Source: Nemertoderma westbladi (taxonomy: Eukaryota > Animalia > Xenacoelomorpha). Taken from it: a DNA stretch of 63,928 nucleotides. The notes below the pieces were generated by a model, which ran no database searches, was not told where the DNA came from, and worked only from the letters and a program-made list of their open reading frames with translations. Within the stretch, counting starts at the first letter, position 1. Each line of letters opens with the position of its first letter. Both the position numbers and the translations under genes were made by a program. The DNA lies in the NCBI GenBank assembly GCA_032718475.1, contig JAUCBJ010009159.1, positions 1-63,928 on the forward strand, given 5' to 3'. This document shows, one piece after another, positions 39,001 through 50,881 of the stretch.

Positions 39001-40089
39001 CACACAGTTGGGTGTTACCCGCCAGCTCACCAAGGTCGAACTTCGCTATCCTCCCGACCACCTTCCCAATAATCCTCCGTAATACCTCGCCCACACCAAT
39101 TGGTCGAACCCCTGGTTGTTTATCGAGTGGCACTAACCGACTCGCGTTGTAGGGAAGTAAACTCGCGGAGTCGATGTGTTCCGTCGCCAAACGCCTCGCT
39201 ACCCCTGCCACGGCCTTCCTAAGGTCGCAGGATACATTACCGAAGGCTGTCATGGCGCGTCGCCAGGCGTCTGCATCGAGGCCGGAGGGACCTGGGGAAC
39301 CGTGGGAGTGGAGTACACAGGAGAGCACGGCGTCACTATTGATGCTATCAAAGACCGCGGGATGAAAATCTACAGAATCTGGCCAGGAGGTTTCGATTAA
39401 AGAGGGATCTATTGGACCCGGTCCAGGGTGTTTTTCTATTAGAATATCCTTTACCGTTTTTCCACCGATTTCCTCATCGATCCCAAGGACTCTGGAACCG
39501 GTGCCATCTTCAACGATATCTACCGCGGCGCCAACTCGGCCTTTGTTCATGGCGTGAATAAACCGCTTCCGGGAATGGTCCGGGTGTATTTTATTCCCGA
39601 GGCCCTTCCTGCGAGCAACCAGAGCGCGCCCTTCAAGTAAGAGTTCCTCAATGTTTCCTTCCCGCCATAGTTCCAACCTCCTCTGCAGAGTCTTACTCAC
39701 ACTGCCACCAGGTTCAACCGGTCTCGTCGCAGCTTGCAGCATTAATTTGGGCATTACCATGACTGCATACATCGCCAAGCCCTCCATACTGGAACCCTCG
39801 CCAAACGCATTTAGCAGTTTAGTCATCGCCGATATAAACTCTTTACCCGCCTGAGATCGAGGAATCTCGAACAAACTGGAGTTCCAATGAGCTATCTCGT
39901 CGTATGCTAGTTTGAGGCGACCCAGGTAAACCTCACCGGGAATACCGTTCCAGTTAAACGCGAGCGTGCATGAGTGGAAGTCTGGGAGTGCCGGGGTGGG
40001 GACCTCCGGCAGGGATGATGGGGCAATCAGAGTTGTACTGGAAGTGATGTTCTGTGCAATAACGGTTTCGTCCAGTAAACTGTCGCAGA
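36014..40089 (-). CDS. CRE-type RT-RLE protein with a ~370-aa Pro/Gly heptad-repeat insertion
   Basis: SPGPSGLD, GVRPIGVGE, IDAKNAFN, QGDSLAM, WYADD, CSCG..H..C, RHNEVRD, ARLDV..IDVKV. The frame stays open upstream of 39874 to ~40089 (..AYDEIAHWNSSLF). Confidence 0.9.
37608..38656. repeat. 21-bp G-rich minisatellite, roughly 50 units
   Basis: Consensus GGTTGGAGGGGGGAACCC(G/A)NN. Confidence 0.98.
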
Positions 40090-41026
40090 AAATTAATGTT
40101 TGTTAATCATTAATGTTTGTGTCCCTCATTAATGTTCGTGTCCTATATCAATGTTTATGTCCCACATTAATGTTTGTATCCTACATCAATGTTTATGTCC
40201 CACATTAATGTTTGTCCCCCCCCCATGATTAATGTTTGTCCCACATTAATGTTTGTGGCGCTGATAAATATCTGTCCCTCATTTAATGTTTGTGTCCAAG
40301 TTGCAATAAGTTACTCTAGGTTGCCGGACGTTTTGGACAATTTGGTTAGCAACTAGCAAAGTAATTTGAGTAACATTAACTTTTAGTCTCCGTTATATGA
40401 GGCATCTTTTACAGCAACAAACTTCGCGTTTACATAGAGCAACTTGATCGGCAACCTGACATGCTCACTAAGTTGCTGATAGAGTTGCTCAAAATGTTGC
40501 CACGTACTGTAGAAAAAACAGGTCTTTAATTATTCGTCATGACGTACTGTAAGTGAACTTTACTTTAAATTTAACGTGGCTGTAACCCTGTAGCTAGACT
40601 TTGTTCTTACTGTAGCCTGTAGAGTACCATCCACCATGGCTATATTTTGTACTTAGAGTTCCGCTTTCTTGAATCTAAATTTTGTTCTTATAGTTCTGCA
40701 TTTGGCTACATTTTGTTCAATTTGTATTGATACATGATTCTAACTACAGTCCCGTACTTATTTTAGAAGCAATTTATACCAAAATATCAAAAATTTATGG
40801 AGCCCTTTAGAATTTTGAATTCAAAAATTTCCAACATGTGCGCAAGTGTGTTAGCTGTATTGTATGTGATTATTTGTTATTATTGCGTTTACAGGTAATA
40901 CTAACACCTGATCATGTGATAGTTAACATGTTAGATAGCACGTATTACCTAATACAAATGCGCACATGTATTACGTTCGCACTACGCACTAAATAATTAA
41001 GGACGCACGATAGCCTTGGATATAAT

Positions 41027-41220
41027 TTGATATATTTTGCGTGTTTTTTGTAAAAATTCGGACTTATGGTGTTTTGCCAATTGAGGATGCCTTGTTTTCT
41101 AGGCAATACCCCGCAACTATCGTATAGTTACGGGATAATACCAGAAAACGGTGTTCCCCTTTGTTTTGGCAAAACACCATAAGTCCGAATTTTTACAAAA
41201 AAACCGCAATATATTTCAAA
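41027..41220. repeat. Foldback/MITE-like long inverted repeat
   Basis: TTTTTTGTAAAAATTCGGACTTATGGTGTTTTGCCAA and its exact reverse complement at ~41166-41202; the interior is also partly self-complementary. Confidence 0.9.
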
Positions 41221-41752
41221 GGTAATTCTAAATGTACCTGAGGGGGAATGCTCTAAATGAGGGGGAATGCCCTTTGTGTTCGGGGTTCAATCAGCGCTGT
41301 GGAATAGAGTTATTCTCGCCGAGGTAAAGGGAGTAGATCAAGGAGTCGTGGAGGAAAGGGGAAGAAGAACGGAAAGAGAGGAAGATCGAAGGGGTGTGGG
41401 AAGAAAGGAGTGGGAAAGTCGATATCTAATCAATTCGATGTTGCAGCTGGATGGAAGAAGTTGATGAGAGGAAAATAAACAGTTGGAATGTCATTACAGT
41501 ACTTTAGGTTAATATGATTGTTTATCTTGTCTGTAAATTCAAATATAATTATTAAAACTTAATAAAGATAATTTAAAAAAAATTCTAAATCAAAATGAAA
41601 GTTTAGTTATATGAATTCTATATATATTTAGTTATCAAAAAACACAATAACAAGTAAACTGAGGCATCTCTCTAAAAAATAAACAGTTTTTATCGATTAT
41701 CTCAAAGCTACAAAAATCGACTTTGGGGGTTCTGCCTTTAAGGTGACGATTT

Positions 41753-41900
41753 CAAGCTGTGTGAAAATAAAGCCAACCACGATCCATGTATTGACTGTAT
41801 ATGTCGTTTCTGTCTGCAACCCGCAAAGGACCGATACCATGCCCCCTATTCTGCGACAAATGCCCAACAATATCCACCTTATCATCTCAATAACTAATTA
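41753..41900 (+). pseudogene. 3' remainder of the LINE at 33376 (Cys/His tail)
   Basis: Removing 34641-41752 gives in-frame ..SHGFHFKLCENKANHDPCIDCICRFCLQPAKDRYH.. Confidence 0.85.
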
Positions 41901-42332
41901 CGTTAGACCATATATTAATATTTTTTAATAATTTATAAATTTTAGATTCCGTGCAATTTAATATGTAATTACTTAGGTTTTTTACTATTTACCCCGACTG
42001 GGGGACAACAAAGAAATATATAACAAATAATTCACCAAAAAATAGTTTGAAGTTAATATATTAAGGCAAAAATTTTGAAAAAAATAATAGATTTCTTAAC
42101 AGATTAAAATACATACAAACACAAACTGTCTTATGGCATTATGTAATTTGTTGTCGTAAATAGTTGTATATGTAATCAATGTCACTGTACTGTACAGTGT
42201 ACATACGGTAATGAATGAATTGGATTCCTTGGGATCTCTCTAGATCGGATATTAAACTTTAATTCAAAAATATATATATATATATATTGTAATTTGTAAT
42301 TAGTATTTAGTTTTTATTGGCTATTTTACCAA

Positions 42333-42510
42333 GCAGTAGCTCGTTCTAGGCGTGGGCATTCCTGTGCTACCAATCAGAGGCCCCGGTTCGACCCCATGAT
42401 TGGGCAGCACTATTTGGGTAAAGTGCTTTTAATTATGGTAGCTTAGCACCACCACCCTGGCTTTCATCCTTAACTGGTCGATAAATGGAAACCAAGGCGA
42501 CTTGGAAAAC
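42333..42510 (+). mobile_element. Degenerate tRNA-derived SINE
   Basis: B-box-like GGTTCGACCCC and a TTTCATCCTT..GGTCGATAAATG central block resembling conserved metazoan SINE domains. Confidence 0.45.
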
Positions 42511-42587
42511 AGATAGTGGAAGATAACACAGTGAACGGAGTTTAAATAAACTAAAAAATTATCCTATTCATTTACTATTTTACGTAC

Positions 42588-45345
42588 CTGAGCTGTTACT
42601 GAACGCTTTGTTACACATTGGGTTTGTGCATGGGTAGGGCCTTTCTCCAGTGTGGTTCCGTAAATGAATCTTAAGATTTTCCTATCTAGAAAACATCCGA
42701 TTACAAGATTCAACCTGAAATTAGTTTGAGTAATTGATTTATTAATAATTATTCATTTTAAAATTAATAATAATCAATTATTTAATAATAATTACAGTAA
42801 TATTAAAAAATATAAACTTTATTGTTCATGCAGCAGTTAATTGTTGACAGACTTTGAATCTGTTTTATTCAATTATCAATTGGGATATATTTGAATGACT
42901 CACGGGGCATATGTTGGGCCTATCCCCACTGTGGACTCTCATGTGAACAATTAGTTTATATCGCGCGTTAAATGACTTCTGTTGCCGTTGGCAACCAGCC
43001 CATCTGCAGATGTAATTTCCATTTTTCTTCTGTGTTTCCACATGGGTGCTTTCAATGTGTGTCACAAATATTGACAAGTGGTGAAATAGCTGTAAAATAT
43101 ATAAGGATGAAATGGTAGTATGAAGCGGAACAATGTGAAGATATTAACTTCATAACAAACATACCATACAGAATTCATGTACATATTGAAATAAATGTTT
43201 GAAATAGAGAATATGAAGATATATATTTGACTGTATTACTTCATATAACCATTCTCAGCTGGTTTTTTTTTAGACTGCTTAGTGCTTTTTTTAATGACAA
43301 ACTAGACAAAGATATAAAACGACACATAAAAGTTATATAAAATAGAAAAACCTCACCCACCACCAGGCTACTGTACAATGGTGTTTAGCTAAGCTTAGCT
43401 AGCTGTTAATTGTAGTGCGCGCGGGAATTTCAAAATTTTTAGTTTATGCTTGTATCAGCATTTGTCAAACGGATAGAGGCTTGAGCGATGTAGCCTGGTA
43501 GCTCACTCACATGGTAGCATTCGGACCATTTGCACAGAAATGGAGGCTTACAATCCGAACGTAATGTTGCCATGGAAACACCGCTCTGATCACCATATTG
43601 TTCAATATTGGCATTCGTGTCATTATTTATACCATCGATAAACTCTGAAGAGAAGCTGCGATTAGTCAAACTGTATAGGGAAGTTCCTATGCTTGAACCA
43701 ATGAGAGGAGTTTGAGTTGGGTAATCCTTTCTAGAAGATCCACTAATTAATACAGGAGTTCGACTAAATCTAGGAGTTATGGATATAGGTTGGCATGGTA
43801 ATATTGGTGTTACTGTTTGTTTCCCTACATTGTGAGACAATGTTGACCTTTTTAATGAATTTCGATTATTACAATTACTAGAAATCCATTGTTTTGGTTG
43901 CTCTCTGTTATTGTAATTCATTTCTACAATATCCGCTCTGTTGTTACCACGTTCTACTTTATGATTGGGTATTACTGTTTTCGAATTATCATCAATATTT
44001 TCTCCATCAAGGCAAAAAATTTCTCGTAGCATTTCCCCGGTTTCATCAAAAACACTAATTTGTGAAAACTGCGAATTCTTACGACTCCCCTTTCCGCCTA
44101 AAATAAGAATATAAAAGTTTAGAGCCAGAAAAATAATTGTTTTAATAATGCGGTGCAAAAAGTTCACAGTTCACAATCTAAATCAGCCTTAGATAGATTT
44201 TAGTTTCTTTCAATTTCGTTTTTTACGTTTCGGAATGTCCATGACTGAACACCACGTTTCCTCTTGCCTGCCGCCTTCCATAGTAACTAGATCATGCACA
44301 CACTTTTCAGCTGTAGTGACTGCAGCGTGGTGCTAGGTGGCGCTGGACTTTGGTAATAAGATTACACAAAGGCTCACTTTTTAAATGAGCGTTGCATTTT
44401 TCACCAAGAAACAACGTGCCTAACAAATAGCCAGAATTTGGGCCAATTTTAATAAATTATGTCGATAACAAAAAAATAAATTCTTTAAAAGATAAATAAT
44501 TCACAACAAAGATCCAATTAACTGAATTATCGCTGTCTAATAAGTACAGTACAGTAAGTGTATTATATTTCACTTTGCAGTTTACCCTCACGTGAGGAAT
44601 TCCAGGTTTTTATTATTTTATTTCTATGAAATTATTAAACATAAAATTTAAAAATAGTAAATTATACAAAGATTTTATTAGTTGGAAGGCAAATTGAGTA
44701 CTGATAATATTCTAACCAGTTAGGAAGGATGAATAACTCGATCCTGAGTTTCTATGAGAGAGGTAAACCTGATTTATTTGATTGCTGGATGTTGTGGAAC
44801 TGCTGCACCTTCTCCTCAACTCCAATTGTATCTCGGAACCGGATACATTGCTATTGTTTATGTAGGCTACCAGGCTGGTTGGGGAGGTGCGAATTAGCGA
44901 GTTAATATCAATCCCATCCAGACTCAATGGGCTGTAAGTGGTAAATATAAACGGTGGTTACCATTTAATATGAATAATTTTTAAAAATATTAAATAAGAG
45001 TAGCTATGGGGGGGGGGGGGGGGGGGTCAATGGACGCTATCAAAAAATCAATCCCTTGTCATTGACGCAAATAACAGCTGATTACCCCAAAAAATAAGAT
45101 GCAACCTGTTATACTGACGTTTGAATTTTTGAAATAATTTGCAACTGGAGATTTCTCCGTTCATTAAATTCAAAATTACGAGTTATTATATGCTTGACCC
45201 CCACCCCTCACCCCAAGGTTTTTCTTACCTTATAGATAACGACCTCTTTCCCCTGCGAGATCTCTGCCCTGAGTTTGTAGGAGAACTGTCTTTGTTTTGA
45301 GAATCGGTCTCCAAGTTGATAGAACTCGTAGAATTTCTACGGCGT
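42588..45345 (-). pseudogene. Glis1/3: GLIS1/3-type C2H2 zinc-finger transcription factor, partial, with a nonsense codon; exons 45229-45345, 44717-44931, 43511-44097, 42904-43089, 42588-42714
   Basis: Phase-compatible GT-AG joins give KRSLSISPLSLDGIDINSLIRTSPTSLVAYIN (GLIS3-like N-terminal motif), ZF1 CKWSEC..HIESTH, ZF2 CRWAGC..FNARYKLIVHMRVHSGDRPN, ZF3 [19 protein letters not shown] and ZF4 [10 protein letters not shown]. First and last exons were not found. Confidence 0.9.
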
Positions 45346-47866
45346 CTGGAATTGATAGATATTCGCCAATTAATATTTATTATAGCTGATACTGTATTAC
45401 TTTTATTGTTTATTGATAAATATAATTAATAACTCCAATATCTTCTAAGGGGGTCGATTGCATTTAACAATCGACAACAATCGATAATAATCAACTAAGG
45501 AAGGTTGACGACTTCCTGTACCTTGGATCATGGATAGAGAGTAGCAAGTGGCTGGTTGCGAGAAAAGGGACCTGGGGAAAAAATGTTCATTCTGGGAAAA
45601 ACTCGTATAAAGTTTGGCTCTTAAAATCGACTGTTTTAATTGGTTTATTGGTCGTTATTGGGGTGTTTGCATTGGTTTATTGGTCGTTATTGGGTTTTAT
45701 TAGAGCGAAATTCAAACTGTATTCTACTAGTAATAGTACTAAGCACCGTATAAACTTGTTTTTTTAGATTATCGTAAAATATCTGTATCCTATTCGGTTA
45801 GTTATTCGGTTAAATTAGATGACTCCACTTACCTTTAGCCTACTGATATTTATTTATTTATTTGATTATTTTTTATTATATCATATTAATATTTTACCCC
45901 AATGCTGTGTAAGTTTTAAATTAATCTTAAGATTAAGAAATACAATCTTTTACTTTGAATTTTTGTTAATAAAATACATGTAAGTATTATAGATATTCAG
46001 GCTTATAAAGATTAATGTTTTGTATAACTTTGATATGACATAGCTGACTTTTTTATAATTATGTATATTTAGATTAGTATATAAGATTAAAGGTAAGTTG
46101 AATTCGGTTAGTTATTTAACAAACAAGTTAATACACTAATAATTTAGAATTTATTATGGAAACTGAAGCAGAGTGGCTCAACCTATTAAATAATAGGGTT
46201 TACTAGGTCGCTGATTACGATGAAACTAGACGAGACCAGAGGGATTGGGATTGGTGGGGAACACGGGACATTGCGGAGCCGTGGCGATTGGCCAACTAAT
46301 GGGGCTCGTCTGCCACAAGCCGATGGACTGGAACAAGTTCCGGGAAGAATACGGAGCGGTACTTGCGAACTCGCTGAAATGGGGAGCGAGACCAGGAAAG
46401 CAGGAAGTATATCAGTTCCAGAAGGGATAAATAAAGATATATCAGAAGAGATGTATCTTACAGGAGGATTGGATAATGATAGGTTTATTAAACCTATTCA
46501 TTATGGTGACTATCGGGAAGGAGCCGACGGCGTTTCTACTATCAGGAGCACCTCTGAATCACAGGAGAGCCTTTAAGGTGGCCTTCGAGGGTCTTGTATG
46601 CCAACAGGGAGTGGCGAGGTGAGAATTAATCAGGTTAAGTCAATAGTCGGCGGGAAAGCACATTGGGGAGGACAAGAGCGCATCTATTGGATATTAAGGC
46701 CGCCCTGTAGTGTAGGGCTGATGTGATATGTGTCAATGATATAACCATTGTGATTACTGATTGTTAGTTTAGTTGATTTCCTTGCAGTTGTGTTGTGAGA
46801 CCGGAATAGTTTTGACCGTCGTCGTTACTGACCGTATTGCATATTATTATATACAGACTGTGCTATTATCAATTACTGTGATTATTAATACTGACAATTT
46901 AACTCTGTCGTTTTCAATGGCCTTCGGCCTAATATATATATATCCAGCATTAGCCCAGCAGCCCACGGACGCGACGACGCGTACAATAGGGTGGTGAGTT
47001 TTTTTACTTTTTTTCGATTTCATTGTTCTACCGGTGCACAAAAGTTGCCAAATGGTAAAAAAATAAGGCAAAAAAAATTTCATTAAATTTCGTCTATATC
47101 TTCACGGATCCCAAGAGGGTTGAAATTTTGAGCCATCGCGATGCGCCATAATGAAATTTATAGCAATATAACACATTAATGAAAGATCAATGACTCAAGA
47201 AAGAACTTCCTGCATGCATCAAATGTCATCAAATGGGTCCAAACTTAGTTAGAAACCAAAATTTTAATTTTTGGATCAAGGTAACTAGTGCCACAGGCAC
47301 ATGGACAGAACCTACCATTTGGCACAAAGTGATGATATTTCTAAATTTTCGCGATGGCCAACTTTGAGTTCTCCTACTGAATCGAGTGGCGGCGTGTGTG
47401 ATTTTTGTAAAAACATGAAGAATCGGTCGAAATGGCGGGTTTAAGTATAAGTAAGGGCAGTGAATTTTTATGTCCTTTTATTTGACTTTTTTTGTCCTCC
47501 TTTTTTTAAGAATTGTGCATAATGACTTTTGTTGTCCTTTTAATGACTTTTATTGTCCTTTTAATGACTTTTTATGTATGTATTTCTTCAAACTGTCAGA
47601 CTGCTGATTTCTGGACTGTCAGACAGTTGATTTCAACATGCCTATGCCAAAACATTCAAAATTTGTTGATTTATGGTCTGTCGGACAGTTGGTTTCACTA
47701 TGCCTGTGCCAAAACATTCCATGATTTATAGACTATGAGTAGAATTCCATATGCGCCTGTGGTAAAAGACTCTAAATTTAAAAGTTTGTGGTTGTTGTCG
47801 ATAATCAAATACCACATGACGTAGCAAAACACTCATTTTATAGCCAAAAACAATTTCCAATTGATG

Positions 47867-48453
47867 GAAAGGAGCATGTTAAGGCCGGATTTTCTAACCA
47901 AAACAATGAACAGTCACTTTACCAAATCAGGGAAAGGAGCAGGTTACAGAGGCGGGATTTTCTAACCAAAACAATAAACGATCATTTACCTAATTGAGGG
48001 AAAGGAGCAAGATACAGAGACGGGATTTTCTAACCAAAACAATAAAACGATAACATTACCAGTTGAGAGAAAGGAGCAGGTTACAGATGCGCGATTTTCT
48101 AACCAAAACAATAAACAGTGACTTTACCAAATCAGGGAAAGGAGCAGGTTATAGAGACGGGATTTTCTAACCAAAACAATAAACGATAACATTACCAATT
48201 GAGAGAAAGGAGCAGGTTACAGAGGCGGGATTTCCTAACTAAAACAATAAACGATCACTTAATTAATTGAGGGAAAGGGGCAGGTTACAGAGGCGGGATT
48301 TTCTAACCAAAACAATAAACAGTCACTTTACAAAATGAAGGAAAGGAGCAGGTTACAGAGGCGGGCCTTTCTAACCAAAACAATAAACGGTCACTTTACC
48401 AAATCAGGCAAAGGAGCAGGTTACAGATGAGATGGGATTTTCTAACCAAAACA
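47867..48453. repeat. ~68-bp tandem repeat, about 9 units
   Basis: AAAGGAGCAGGTTACAGAGGCGGGATTTTCTAACCAAAACAATAAAC... Confidence 0.95.
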
Positions 48454-48844
48454 ACCGGTCTGCCGATAGGCCTACCAGTACCGTATTTAAATGGTAGGCT
48501 ACACAGTAGGCCTACAGCAGTACCGGTGCCGGTACCGGTACTAAAATACAGAAATGCCTGCTTTATACTTACATCTGTACATACAATACAGCAAAATACT
48601 GTAGTGCTATATATACTAAATACTGTAGTGCTATATATACTAATACCGGTACTGATAGCCTGAGAGAACAGCAGTAGAGAAACCGGTAGCATGGAACCTA
48701 ACATTCGATTTTTGGAGGACATAAAAAATTTAAAAAAAGGACAAAAAAAGGATTTAAACGGACAATACAAATTATTGCGATAAGTAAGCCTGGGAAGCTA
48801 ATTTTGAAAATCGGCTGTGATTGGCTGTTACATATATATGTTAT

Positions 48845-49512
48845 TGCAATATAAATATTGCCATAAAAAATGAAACAAAATTTTTAGGGATTTGGATAGA
48901 TAACAAATTAACCTGGAAAAGTCACTGCGCATATGTCCTAAAGAAAATTTCTAAATCTTGCGGTATATTCTTCAAAATTCGACACATCTTACCTTTAAAT
49001 ATTTTAAAAATGCTTTATTTCACACTCATTCATCCTTACATATTATACGGCTTAGTACTATGGGGTAACACTTATAACAAATATATAAACCCCATTCGAA
49101 TCAAAATAAATAAATTATTACGAGCAATCACCTTCAAACACTATCAAGCGCACTCCAACCCGATTTACAAATCCCTAAATATTTTGCCAATTGAAAAATT
49201 GTATAAATTAGAAGTAGCTAAACTAATGTGGGAGATTCATAATAAGAAAAAGAAAGAATTCATTTCATCCCTATTCACACAAACATCCCAAATCCACAGT
49301 CACGCTACTACAGTAGATCCACAACACTGCAGAACTATTTTATTCCCCGTACTAGATTGCTGTCCACACAAAATTCATTAAATTACAGAGGAACTATTAT
49401 ATGGAACTCACTAAGCATGGAACTAAAACAATGTAAGTCAAAACATTTATTAGCCAAAAAACTAAAAATATCACTTCTAAATCACCTACAAAATAATAAT
49501 AAATAAATAACT
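48845..49512 (+). pseudogene. 3' end of an L2/CR1-type LINE
   Basis: KFLGIWIDNKLTWKSH..LYFTLIHPYILYGLVLWG; AAT/AAAT-rich tail. Confidence 0.9.
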
Positions 49513-50881
49513 TATAAACAAACATCACCGTCATCACCTCAGTTGATTATTTATTGTCATCATCGTTTTCCGTAAAACACTTGAATGTATCTGCACATGT
49601 TCTACCACCATAAACACCACTTTACGCAATTCAACTATTATAACAACAAGCCATACCGATCGCAAGATGTCGAGTACCAAGTTCATTTGAATGGCAATGA
49701 ACCAGTATATCACGAATTATTTTCCTCTCTTTTAGTCAAATAATGCAACACTAGCTATGCTACTGCTTTATTTGGCTAATTAAATAACTACACAAATTCA
49801 ATAGGCTACACAAATTGCAAATAACTGTTCATATGATAGTTCACTAATCAGCTAATATGCCTATTTATTCGTGACATTTCAATTTGTAAATAAAACTGAT
49901 ATACGAGCTCATATACGAGCTCATATGAGCTCAATTGATTGATTGATTGATTGACATATTTGACATCACGTCACTTAGCTGTGCTCAGATAATTTCTTAT
50001 ATTGTTTTCTATGGGTTGATTTTCAATCGATTTAAATACACATTTAATCTACATAATTGTAAGGTTCAATAATTTTTGTGCACAATAAAGTCAATTGATT
50101 AAGATTAATTAAGAAAACAATATGAACAATGTGAAATATATTCGAAATATAATTTTAGCTTTAGACAAATGTTTAATTTACAAATTGTATAATTAATATT
50201 ATTACAAAATTGATTGCATTAAGTTATATCTATGTAACTATAATATATACCAGTCACCACAAAAGTTTAAGCAAACTGACTGACTGACTAAAGGTCATTC
50301 AACAATATTTAATGTTTAAAGTTTAGAGTTTAATGATTGTCAATTAATGGGTTTTTAATGATCGTTCATTAATAATTAGTTATAGCATTGATAACAGATA
50401 TAATTGCATATGCAGATATGATAACTGATCTGACAGCGCAGTAAGCTGTATATCGTACAGCAGTACAGTAGGCCTAGGTAGTAGTCCTATATATCCCTGT
50501 TTGAATATCCCGCTCTCATGTTGACCCAATAATTCGTGATGTTAGGTCACTACAAGTTCATCAATAATTTGATATGTTTCGCTCTACAATCATTTCTCAC
50601 CTGGCTTATATCAATTGAAATTGGAGAGTCAAGCGCGTCTTTTAACACTACAAACAATTATAAATAATACTGTTTGCAATTTTGCACACTTGGTAGATTG
50701 CCTGACCCCGTATGCAAGAACTAATCAACGCAGCCCTAGCCTCCTATTGCATTGCAGTATCGGAATAGGCCTATTGCTTTATTGTTGCTTAAGTTCATAA
50801 CGTTGAGTAAAACCTACTGCTGTACAACTCTTATGCTACTGGTGACTGGTACACATTTCAACTTAATGAACTTAATGCTGC

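Larger units (their letters stand above)
35909..40090 (-). mobile_element. CRE-clade non-LTR retrotransposon, 5'-truncated
   Basis: Single ORF with RT and C-terminal zinc knuckle plus restriction-like endonuclease; AATAAA and an A tail on - near 35909-35940. Confidence 0.85.
34987..40316. mobile_element. Putative nested non-autonomous element with inverted ~19-bp subterminal repeats (possibly Sola2-like)
   Basis: GAGGGACACAAACATTAAT-like units at 35005-35080 and the complement ATTAATGTTTGTGTCCCTC at 35760-35880 and 40092-40297; right end ...TTACTC. No TSD found. Confidence 0.45.
34641..41748. mobile_element. Non-autonomous TIR DNA transposon with a 4-bp ATTT TSD (Sola1-like)
   Basis: 37-bp TIRs CGTCACCTT(C/A)AAGGCAGAACCCCC(T/A)AAGTCGATTTTT with 2 mismatches; ATTT on both sides; subterminal GGCA(G/A)AACCCC repeats. 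AWWT TSDs are characteristic of Sola1. Confidence 0.8.
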
